In this document: positions 17,171 through 24,964 of the stretch, one piece after another
Position numbering within the stretch: the first letter of the stretch is position 1
Layout of the letters: every line of letters starts with the position of its first letter
Assembly (NCBI RefSeq): GCF_000172995.2
Contig: NC_014729.1
Location: forward strand, 2,280,001 to 2,312,000
DNA: 32,000 nt
Origin: Halogeometricum borinquense DSM 11551
Lineage (GTDB): Archaea; Halobacteriota; Halobacteria; Halobacteriales; Haloferacaceae
Reading direction: 5' to 3'
Notes under the pieces: model-generated
What the model saw: the letters and a program-made list of their open reading frames with translations, nothing else
Told to the model about the DNA's origin: nothing
Databases searched by the model: none
Program-made: the position numbers and the translations under genes

Positions 17171-17189
17171 AAGAAAAACCTACTGGGAA

Positions 17190-17230
17190 GAATCGCGCCC
17201 GCTATCGCGTGAAAACCGCGGGTTCGATTC
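17190..17230 (-). terminator. Hairpin downstream of the thrC-like gene, followed by a T-rich tract
   Basis: gaatcg-cg-cccgc (17190-17202) pairs with gcggg-tt-cgattc (17218-17230): 6+5 bp with a 2x2 internal mismatch and a 15-nt loop. On the minus strand it is followed by ...ggtttttctttt. Confidence 0.4.
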
Positions 17231-17247
17231 AGATTCCCTGACGGGGA

Positions 17248-18423
17248 TTAGATACCCTGTCCCATCAGGTGGCTTCTGAGAATATCTGCCGTCTTCGTAC
17301 CGGATTCAGTGTTCACGACGACGACATCGTCGGTTTCGCCCACGACGCCGTCTTCTGCGAGTTGCCACGCGGCGGCCATCGCCGCACCACCGGCAGTGCC
17401 GACTTCGACGCCGGCGGTCTGTGCGGCGACGACGGCGCTCTCGAGAATGTCTTCATCGTCGATTGCGAGGATGTCACCGTCCGTTTGTTCAACGGCGTGG
17501 ACGGCCGCGGCCCCACCTTTCGGATCGGGAATCTCCAGTTCGCCGACGATAGTGTCGGGGTGTTCCCACGGTTCTACGTCGCGTTCGCCGCGTTCGTGAG
17601 CGGCGTATATCGGCGCGCAGCCGGACGCTTGGGCCGCGTAGATCGATGGAGGCTCGTCTATAAGGCCGAGTTCGCGGAGTTGGCGGAAGCCGTTTGCGAC
17701 GCCAGTGACGACTTCACCCGTACTCGTCGGAACGATGACAGCGTCCGGGACGGACCAGTCGAGTGACTCAGCCACCTCGAACGCGAGCGTCTTGATACCG
17801 TCGTGGCGGTAGGGGTTGTCGAACTCCTGCAGGGTGAACCAATCAGACTGCAGTTGCTCGTGGAGTCCGTCCTCGGCGTCAGGGTACCGGCCGCCGACGA
17901 CGCGCATCTCGCCGCCGTGGACGTTCACCATCGCCTTGTTCGAGAACGGCGCGCGCGAGGGGACGAACGCATACGACCGAAGGTCGGCCATGCTGGCGTA
18001 CGACGCCGCCGACTGGCCCGCGTTACCCGCCGAGGCGAGGGCGACCAGTTCCGCATCCGCTTCGCGTGCGGCCGTGACGGCAGGCGAGAGCCCTCTGTCG
18101 AGGACCGTCCCGGTCGGATTCCGGCCCTCGTCTTTGATCGAGAGCGACTTGATGCCGAGTTCGGCGGCGAGTTCGGCGGATGCTACGAGTGGCGTCCCAC
18201 CCTCGTTCGCCGTGAGAGGCGAAGAGAAGGGCAGGAGGTCGGCATAGCGCCACATCGTGTCCGTCGGGCGGTCGGCGAGTCCGCCGTCGGCCCAGTCTAC
18301 GGCGTCGAGGTCGTAGACCGGAGTCAAATGCACACCGGCGTCGCTTTCGCCCGTCGTACTCGCGTCGTATCGCTCGCCCGTCTCGGCGCACTTCAATCCG
18401 AGGAACGCCTCGCGTGTCTCCAT
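17248..18423 (-). CDS. Threonine synthase-like fold-type II PLP-family protein lacking the canonical Schiff-base lysine
   Basis: 391 aa, ThrC-like along its length (IKDEGRNPTG, ASAGNAG, NPYRHDG). The expected S-F-K-D-R reads T-V-L-D-R, with Leu encoded by the minus-strand CTC at 18100-18102. I therefore withhold the symbol thrC. Confidence 0.75.
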   Translation of the reverse strand: METREAFLGLKCAETGERYDASTTGESDAGVHLTPVYDLDAVDWADGGLADRPTDTMWRYADLLPFSSPLTANEGGTPLVASAELAAELGIKSLSIKDEGRNPTGTVLDRGLSPAVTAAREADAELVALASAGNAGQSAASYASMADLRSYAFVPSRAPFSNKAMVNVHGGEMRVVGGRYPDAEDGLHEQLQSDWFTLQEFDNPYRHDGIKTLAFEVAESLDWSVPDAVIVPTSTGEVVTGVANGFRQLRELGLIDEPPSIYAAQASGCAPIYAAHERGERDVEPWEHPDTIVGELEIPDPKGGAAAVHAVEQTDGDILAIDDEDILESAVVAAQTAGVEVGTAGGAAMAAAWQLAEDGVVGETDDVVVVNTESGTKTADILRSHLMGQGI

Positions 18424-18516
18424 ATCCGATGGTTCGAGGCGACCAACTAATCCCTAGCCATTCGTCGCTGTCCGCGACCACCCGGCTCTTTGTGTTCGCC
18501 GGACCACGGCGGGGAT

Positions 18517-19794
18517 ATGGACGGAGAAACTGTTGTCGTCGCCGGCGCGGGCCTTGCGGGGCTTGTCGCGGCGCGGCACTTGGCTGACGCTGGCGCGGAC
18601 GTGACCGTGTTCGAGCGACGGCCCGAAGTCGGCGGTCGGGTCCGGACGCAAAAACGAGACGGCTTTACCTTCGACAGAGGATTTCAGGTCCTCTTTACCA
18701 AGTATCCCGCTGTTCGACGTGAACTCGACCTGTCGGCACTCGACGTGCGCTACTTCGCTCCCGGCGCAGTCATCGCTCGACCCGGCCAACGGTCAACGCT
18801 CTCGGATCCGATACGAGACCCGCGTGCCACGGTCGCATCACTGCAAAACGACGAGGTGACGACGACCGACAAACTCCGGACGCTGGCGCTTCGCCAACAC
18901 GTCGGGTCGATGACGGAGAACGAAATTTTCGGGAGCGAAGACGACAGCATCCGCGACTACCTGCGTGAGTGGGGATTCTCCGAAGACTATATCGAACACT
19001 TCGTCGCACCGTTCTACGGCGGAATTACGCTTGACCGGTCGCTCTCGACCTCAAAGCGCGTTTTCGAGTACACGTTCAAGATGCTGAGCGAGGGGTCAAT
19101 CGGCGTTCCCGCCGGCGGGATGCAGGCGGTCCCCGAACAGTTGGCCGCGAACGCCCGCAAGGCAGGGGCGAGGATCGTCACCGAATCTGGCGTCGAACAC
19201 ATCGACGACAACGGTGACAGCGCCACAATCACCACGGTCGAAGAAACGGTAGATGCTGACTTCGTCGTCGTCGCCACCGACCCGAAGGAGGCGCGACGGC
19301 TGACCGACGTGAATCAGATTCCGACGAACGCACGCAGTTGCGTCACACAATCCTACCGGCTTCCCAAGGGGACGAAACTGGAAACGCGAAAGAAACTACT
19401 CCTCAATGCGGCCGATGACGCTCCGAACACCGTCGTCCCGATGAGCGAAGTCGCACCCGAGTACGCGCCCGACGACGCCGAACTCGTGAACGCGACGTTC
19501 CTCGGTACGTCGGCACTAGACCGCGATGCCTCCGAGTTGGCCGAGATGACGCGCAAGACGCTCGAATCGTGGTATCCCGACCGCATGTTCGACGGACTCG
19601 AACCGATTCACACCGACCGCATCGAGTTCGCACAGTTCGACCAACCACCGGGCGTGCATGACGCGCTTCCGACCAACCGCGAACCCGGCGGGCGGACGTA
19701 TCTCGCTGGTGACTTCACCGCGTGGTCGTCGATTCAAGGCGCGATGCAAAGCGGACGGAACGCCGCCGAAGCGGTTCGGTCGGACGCTGAGTAA
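18517..19794 (+). CDS. NAD(P)/FAD-dependent oxidoreductase (amine-oxidase / protoporphyrinogen-oxidase-like fold)
   Basis: ORF 18490 has a TTG start, so it is trimmed to the ATG at 18517 (MDGETVVVAGAGLAGL...FERRPEVGGR). This is a Rossmann GxGxxG dinucleotide motif. The C-terminus has YLAGDF. Confidence 0.8.
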   Translation: MDGETVVVAGAGLAGLVAARHLADAGADVTVFERRPEVGGRVRTQKRDGFTFDRGFQVLFTKYPAVRRELDLSALDVRYFAPGAVIARPGQRSTLSDPIRDPRATVASLQNDEVTTTDKLRTLALRQHVGSMTENEIFGSEDDSIRDYLREWGFSEDYIEHFVAPFYGGITLDRSLSTSKRVFEYTFKMLSEGSIGVPAGGMQAVPEQLAANARKAGARIVTESGVEHIDDNGDSATITTVEETVDADFVVVATDPKEARRLTDVNQIPTNARSCVTQSYRLPKGTKLETRKKLLLNAADDAPNTVVPMSEVAPEYAPDDAELVNATFLGTSALDRDASELAEMTRKTLESWYPDRMFDGLEPIHTDRIEFAQFDQPPGVHDALPTNREPGGRTYLAGDFTAWSSIQGAMQSGRNAAEAVRSDAE

Positions 19795-19811
19795 GCGGCG
19801 TCTTGCTGCGG

Positions 19812-20621
19812 TCATAACAGCCGGCGAAACTCGCCCAATGGCGGAAATGAGAGCGTATCGTCGGCGTCTTCGTCGTAGACAATCGGTCGAAAGTCGTCCA
19901 CGTCGGAGACCAGCGGTGACCGCGTGTCGTCTGCGTCCATGCCGTTGACTGGGACACCCGCGGCGAGACGAGTGAACGCCGGGAGAATGAGAACGTCGCT
20001 CCCGCGGTAGACTGATTCACCGTAGAGATAGCATGGACGGCGCCGACCCTCGATAGTGATCGCCGGATGTACGTGGCCAATGACGTACAACGACGCGTCT
20101 GTCTCGGATGTCGCGCTGGATTCAACCTCGGATTCAGCCGCGGGTGCAGCGTGGCCGTGACAGACGACGACGCTGGGACTCTCAGCGATGACGTACTGGT
20201 CAAACACCTTCCCGTCCCACGCCGACTCCAGTACGGTGTCGTGGTTCCCGCGGACGAGTATCGGTTTGACGCCCGCGTTCCGGCAGACGCCCACGAGTTC
20301 ATCAAGTCCCGATTCGGCGGCAGTTGTGGCGGTGTCGAAGCGATGGAGAACGTCGCCCGCGAACACCACCTCGGCGGGGTCGAATGCTTCGACCAGTGCA
20401 GAGAGGCGGTCCCGCAAATCCGACCGCTCACCGAGAGGAAACGCCACGTCGGACGCTTCGGCGCGGCCGACATGAAGGTCCGAGACGACGAGCGTCTCGG
20501 CGAACGGAAGGAACGCCGCTCGGTCGCGGTAACGCACGTCGTACACGGGCGAAAAAACGGGCCGAACGAGCAAAGCGATGGCGTTCGCAGACCACGGAGA
20601 CGTGCCGGGGGGATTTTTCAT
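19812..20621 (-). CDS. Calcineurin-like metallophosphoesterase (COG1407 / PdeM-like)
   Basis: Full set of MPE motifs: VVSDLHVG, FAGDVLH, RGNHD, CHGH, IGHVHP. The start is uncertain. ATG 20621 leaves only 22 bp to the divergent gene, and TTG at 20573 (MLVRPVF...) is an alternative. Confidence 0.75.
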   Translation of the reverse strand: MKNPPGTSPWSANAIALLVRPVFSPVYDVRYRDRAAFLPFAETLVVSDLHVGRAEASDVAFPLGERSDLRDRLSALVEAFDPAEVVFAGDVLHRFDTATTAAESGLDELVGVCRNAGVKPILVRGNHDTVLESAWDGKVFDQYVIAESPSVVVCHGHAAPAAESEVESSATSETDASLYVIGHVHPAITIEGRRRPCYLYGESVYRGSDVLILPAFTRLAAGVPVNGMDADDTRSPLVSDVDDFRPIVYDEDADDTLSFPPLGEFRRLL

Positions 20622-20643
20622 CGTGCGTTGCCTCCGTCAGCGT

Positions 20644-21438
20644 ATGAGCGGTGCCCTCGAAGACAAACGGACGGCGACGCGCCTCCGCATCCTCGTCGAA
20701 ATCGCCAACCGACAACCGGCGGTGAGCCAAGGCGAAGTCGCCGAGGCGGTGGGCGTGACGAGTCAGGCGGTCAGCGAGTACACGAGGCAACTCGTCGAGG
20801 ACGGCTACGTCGAAAAGGAAGGACGCTCGCGGTATCACGTCACCAAAGAGGGCGTCGATTGGCTGTTTCAGGAGGCCAAAGACCTCCGGCGCTTCGCCGA
20901 CCACGTTACCGATGACGTGCTGGAGAACGTCCAAGAGGACGCGGCGATTGCAACCGAGGAGTTGTCGTCAGGCGAAACGGTGACGCTCACAGTCCGCGAT
21001 GGGCTCTTGCACGCGACACCCGGCGAAAGCGGCCCGGCAACCGGCGTAGCGACGACGGATGCCGAGAAAGGCGAAGACGTGAGCATCACCGGATTCGAGG
21101 GTATCATCGAAATCGACCCCGGAAGCGTCACCGTCGTCCAAGTGCCGCCCACGCGGTCCGGCGGCAGTCGCGCCGTGGACCTTGAGACGCTCGCGGAGAT
21201 GTGCGACGACGCGGACGTGGTCGCCGCGACAGGCATCGAAGCGATTGTCTCACTTCGAAAGGCGGACGTTGAGATGGAAACCTCGTGGGCGGCTGGCGAC
21301 GTCGCAGAGGCGGCCGCGGCGCGCGGACTCTCGGCTATCGTCGTTGTAACGACAGACCTCGTGGGACGCGTGACCGACGTTCTCCGCGACGGAGACGTTC
21401 TCTACGAAGTGACCGAAGCGGCGCGCATCGCGGAATAG
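20644..21438 (+). CDS. Winged-helix transcriptional regulator with a C-terminal domain of unknown function
   Basis: ORF 20578 trimmed to the ATG at 20644 (MSGALEDKRTATRLRILVEIANRQPAVSQGEVAEAVGVTSQAVSEYTRQLVEDGYVEKEG). The N-terminus is a MarR/ArsR-like wHTH, followed by about 180 aa of acidic domain. Confidence 0.7.
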   Translation: MSGALEDKRTATRLRILVEIANRQPAVSQGEVAEAVGVTSQAVSEYTRQLVEDGYVEKEGRSRYHVTKEGVDWLFQEAKDLRRFADHVTDDVLENVQEDAAIATEELSSGETVTLTVRDGLLHATPGESGPATGVATTDAEKGEDVSITGFEGIIEIDPGSVTVVQVPPTRSGGSRAVDLETLAEMCDDADVVAATGIEAIVSLRKADVEMETSWAAGDVAEAAAARGLSAIVVVTTDLVGRVTDVLRDGDVLYEVTEAARIAE

Positions 21439-21466
21439 CAGGACGGTTATGGGCGTGTTACGGGGT

Positions 21467-21471
21467 AAAAA
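21467..21471 (-). terminator. T5 run 6 nt after the J-domain gene stop
   Basis: The minus strand reads TGA gctgtc TTTTT acccc. Confidence 0.4.
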
Positions 21472-21477
21472 GACAGC

Positions 21478-22086
21478 TCACGAAGCGATTGCGCGCTCTG
21501 CGTGTTCTTTTGCCGTCGCGTACGCCTCCTGTAATCGCTGAAACTCAGCCTGTGATCCACCGTGGTCGGGGTGTGCGGTCTTTACTTTGTCCCGATATGC
21601 AACTTTGACCTCTGCCGGACTGGCAGTTCTTGGGAGGTCGAGATGATCGAACGCGGCTGTTACAGGGTCATCTGGTTTCGGGCGTGCGTGTCCGAATTCG
21701 GGGACCTCGAACGGGAGACGACGACCCAGCGCGCGAGCAGGCATCTCGTGTTCGCAGAGTACCGTGTACGTCCCGGCGCATTCGAGACGGAAGTACGCCT
21801 GCGCGTCGAAGGTGACAGCGACATCTCGACTGGGGAGGTAGAACTCGACCGTTTCGCCGTGAATTGGGTGATCCTCTGCGAAGGGTTCGTTTATCTGGCG
21901 GAGATAGTTTCGGATCTCCATTCGGCGGCGGGCAGCACCGTCGATAGCGCCCCGAGAAACCGGCTCATCGGGGAACAGGCGGCCGCCAACGACGAACACT
22001 CCAGCGACGACTACCGAGGCGAGGAGGCCCCCGGCAATCCCGAAGACGAGCCACGCCGGAATCAGCGAAACCCAATCGGGAAGCAC
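21478..22086 (-). CDS. Membrane-anchored protein with a C-terminal J domain
   Basis: 202 aa from a GTG start. N-terminal TM segment (LIPAWLVFGIAGGLLASVVVAGVFVVGG). C-terminal J domain with HPD (AFDHLDLPRTASPAEVKVAYRDKVKTAHPDHGGSQAEFQRLQEAY). Confidence 0.75.
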   Translation of the reverse strand: MLPDWVSLIPAWLVFGIAGGLLASVVVAGVFVVGGRLFPDEPVSRGAIDGAARRRMEIRNYLRQINEPFAEDHPIHGETVEFYLPSRDVAVTFDAQAYFRLECAGTYTVLCEHEMPARALGRRLPFEVPEFGHARPKPDDPVTAAFDHLDLPRTASPAEVKVAYRDKVKTAHPDHGGSQAEFQRLQEAYATAKEHAERAIAS

Positions 22087-22394
22087 AACTAAATGCAGGT
22101 GTTCCGACGTAAAGAACCTCTCGCCGACAGGGTAATCGAAGCCTCGTTAACAGGATAATCGGAACCCATTCGCTGTGTCATCTAGTCGGCAAGCAAAACG
22201 GTGACCGATGGATCGAGAGAGGCAAATCGAGACGCACGTAGTTGATTCCGACGCAACGGAGATTCTGTGTCCACGAAACAGCAATACGTCCCGACAAACC
22301 ACAGTACATGACTCCTTAAACCAGCAAATATGTCTGCATAATTGGCAGCCGGAAGTGGTATAATTGGGGAAGAACGGTTCCGGCGAAAATTACG

Positions 22395-22410
22395 TACTCG
22401 AAGCCGAGTA
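22395..22410 (+). promoter_or_regulatory. Perfect palindrome TACTCG-aagc-CGAGTA (TACT-N7-GAGTA, TrmB-type box) upstream of ppsA
   Basis: It lies 68-83 nt upstream of the ppsA ATG (22478), upstream of the AT-rich TATA-like boxes ttgtattatt (about 22411-22420) and acttat (22444-22449). A near-identical element lies upstream of pykA at 30552-30567. Confidence 0.55.
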
Positions 22411-22477
22411 TTGTATTATTCACACTGGTGTTGTTCGGAAAGTACTTATGAGGGCTTACAATCATTGACAAACGCTA

Positions 22478-24775
22478 ATGGCTGTAGTTTGGCTGGACGA
22501 CGTACGCGCCGACGACTTGGGCACAGTCGGCGGGAAAGGTGCCTCACTCGGCGAACTTACCTCTGCGGGCCTCCCCGTCCCGACGGGGTTCGTCGTGACC
22601 GCCGGAACGTACCGTTCGTTCATCGAGGACGCGGGTATTGACGAGGAACTTTTCGACGCCGTTGACGTGGACCACGAGGACTCCGCGGCGTTGAAGGAAG
22701 CGCACGAACGGGCGCACGAACTCATCATGGAGACACCGGTACCGGAATCCGTCGGCGAGGAGATCCTCGCCGCCTACGACGAGGTCGGCGAGAGCGACGA
22801 CGAGGCGTTCGTCGCTGTTCGGTCCTCCGCGACGGCCGAGGACCTCCCGGACGCGTCGTTTGCCGGGCAACAAGAGACGTTCCTGAACGTCCAGAAGGAC
22901 GACCTCATTCACCGGGTCAAAGAGTGCTGGGCGTCGCTGTTCTCTCAGCGAGCCATCTACTACCGGAACCGAAAGGGCTTCCCGCACCACGAAGTCGATA
23001 TCGCCGTCGTCGTCCAGGAGATGGTGGATGCCGAGAAATCCGGTGTGATGTTCACCTCACACCCCTCGACGGGTGAGCCGCGGATCATCATCGAAGCGGC
23101 GTGGGGTCTCGGAGAGGCTGTCGTCTCCGGATCGGTCTCGCCCGACAACTACGTCGTGGACCGAGACTCCGGTGAAGTCGAGACGGCCACCGTCGCCGAC
23201 AAGAAAGTGATGATGGTCAAGGACTCGGAGACGGGTGAGACGGTCGAACGCGACGTGGAAGACGACAAGCGCAGTGCGCGCGTTCTCGACGAAGACGAAA
23301 TCGCGCGGCTGGTCGAACTCGGCGAACGCGTCGAAGACCACTACGGCGAACCACAGGACGTGGAGTGGGCTATCTACGAAGACGACGTATACATGCTCCA
23401 GTCGCGGCCCATCACGACCATCTCGGACGACGAGAAGGACGCAGCCACCCAAGAGGCAGCAGGCGATGGTGGAGCAGAGAGCGGACAGATGGCGGCGAAA
23501 TCTGGCGATATGCTGCTCCGCGGACTCGGTGCAAGTCCGGGTATTGCCGCCGGAAACGCCCGTATCGTCACCAAACTCGACCACCTCGACCAAGTTTCGG
23601 ACGGCGACATCATCGTCACCGAGATGACGATGCCGGACATGGTGCCCGCGATGAAGCGCGCGTCAGGTATCGTCACCGACGAAGGTGGGATGACCTCGCA
23701 CGCAGCCATCGTCTCGCGTGAACTCGGCGTCCCCGCCGTGGTCGGCACGGGATCGGCCACGCGCGAAATCGAAGAAGGACAGCCAATCACCATCGACGGC
23801 GACAAGGGGACCGTCAGCGAGGGAGCCGAACTGAAAGAAGAGCAACGCGAACCCATCGAGGAGGCGCGGCCGAAGACGCCCGTCAAACCGATGACGGCCA
23901 CGGAAGTGAAGGTGAACGTCTCCATCCCCGAGGCCGCAGAACGCGCCGCCGCGACAGGTGCGGACGGCGTCGGCTTGCTCCGCATCGAACATATGGTGCT
24001 GTCGCTGGGCAAGACACCCGATAAGTACATCGCAGACAACGGCGAACGCGCCTACGTCGAAGAACTCGTCGAGGGCATCCGCGGCGTCGCAGAGGAGTTC
24101 TACCCGCGTCCGGTCCGCGTGCGCTCGCTCGACGCGCCAACGGACGAATTCCGCCAGTTGGAAGGCGGAGAGGACGAACCGCGCGAACACAACCCGATGC
24201 TCGGCTACCGCGGTATCCGCCGCAGCCTCGACAAACCAGAGCTGTTCAAGCACGAACTGGAGGCGTTCCGTCGCCTGTTCGAGATGGGGTACGACAACGT
24301 CGAGATGATGTTCCCCCTCGTCAACGACGCCGAGGACGTGCTGCGGACGAAAGAACTGATGCAAGGGGCCGGGATCGACCCCGAAAAGCGCGAGTGGGGC
24401 GTGATGATCGAGACGCCCGCATCCGCGCTCAGCGTCGAGGAGATGGCCGACGCGGGCCTAGACTTCGTCTCCTTCGGGACGAACGACCTGACACAGTACA
24501 CCCTCGCCGTAGACCGGAACAACGAGAACGTCGCCGGTCGGTTCGACGAACTCCACCCCGCCGTGTTGAAACTCATCGGCGATACCATCGAGACGTGCCG
24601 CGAAGTCGGTGTGAAGACGAGTATCTGCGGGCAGGCGGCATCGAAGCCGCAGATGGTCCAGTTCCTCGTCAACGAAGGTATCTCCTCGATTTCCGCGAAC
24701 ATCGACGCCGTGCGCGACGTCCAGCACGAGGTCAAGCGAGTCGAACAGCGACTCATCCTCGACGACGTTCGCTGA
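22478..24775 (+). CDS. ppsA: Phosphoenolpyruvate synthase (pyruvate, water dikinase)
   Basis: 765 aa. It starts MAVVWLDDV...GGKGASLGEL, has the phospho-His domain GGMTSHAAIVSRELGVPAVVG and a C-terminal PEP-utilising TIM barrel (SFGTNDLTQ, SICGQAAS). Confidence 0.95.
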   Translation: MAVVWLDDVRADDLGTVGGKGASLGELTSAGLPVPTGFVVTAGTYRSFIEDAGIDEELFDAVDVDHEDSAALKEAHERAHELIMETPVPESVGEEILAAYDEVGESDDEAFVAVRSSATAEDLPDASFAGQQETFLNVQKDDLIHRVKECWASLFSQRAIYYRNRKGFPHHEVDIAVVVQEMVDAEKSGVMFTSHPSTGEPRIIIEAAWGLGEAVVSGSVSPDNYVVDRDSGEVETATVADKKVMMVKDSETGETVERDVEDDKRSARVLDEDEIARLVELGERVEDHYGEPQDVEWAIYEDDVYMLQSRPITTISDDEKDAATQEAAGDGGAESGQMAAKSGDMLLRGLGASPGIAAGNARIVTKLDHLDQVSDGDIIVTEMTMPDMVPAMKRASGIVTDEGGMTSHAAIVSRELGVPAVVGTGSATREIEEGQPITIDGDKGTVSEGAELKEEQREPIEEARPKTPVKPMTATEVKVNVSIPEAAERAAATGADGVGLLRIEHMVLSLGKTPDKYIADNGERAYVEELVEGIRGVAEEFYPRPVRVRSLDAPTDEFRQLEGGEDEPREHNPMLGYRGIRRSLDKPELFKHELEAFRRLFEMGYDNVEMMFPLVNDAEDVLRTKELMQGAGIDPEKREWGVMIETPASALSVEEMADAGLDFVSFGTNDLTQYTLAVDRNNENVAGRFDELHPAVLKLIGDTIETCREVGVKTSICGQAASKPQMVQFLVNEGISSISANIDAVRDVQHEVKRVEQRLILDDVR

Positions 24776-24793
24776 CGACGCGGACGAGACCAT

Positions 24794-24821
24794 CTCGCGG
24801 CGGTGCGTAACCCGCCGCGGG
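24794..24821 (+). terminator. GC hairpin about 20 nt after the ppsA stop
   Basis: cgcggcgg (24796-24803) pairs perfectly with ccgccgcg (24812-24819), with an 8-nt loop. It can be extended by one GU and one GC pair. No T-run follows. Confidence 0.35.
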
Positions 24822-24964
24822 CGCTCGCGGTTTCGCGGTCAGATTCGATCCCGCGATTCGGTGTGCCGATATCGACATCTCTCTTTCTGACGCCCCTGCG
24901 GAATGGTAGTCCGGGCGTCGAACAACGGAATCCATAAACACGATGGGTACGACACGATGGCTAT

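Noticed and set aside
17218-17230. gcgggttcgattc, resembling a tRNA T-arm/T-loop
   Set aside because: No complementary 3' half of a T-stem, no acceptor, D or anticodon arms can be built around it. It is better explained as one arm of the hairpin downstream of the thrC-like gene.
22133-22149. taatcgaagcctcgtta, which shares TCGAAGCC with the TrmB-type box at 22395
   Set aside because: It is not a palindrome (its arms taatcg and tcgtta are not complementary) and does not fit TACT-N7-GAGTA. The shared 8-mer may be chance.
22208-22363. 51-aa ORF (MDRERQIETHVVDSDATEILCPRN...) in the ppsA upstream spacer
   Set aside because: Third-position GC is only about 50%, visibly lower than in the confirmed genes. 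It has no CPxC zinc-finger pattern or other recognisable small-protein signature, and it overlaps the TATA-like repeats.
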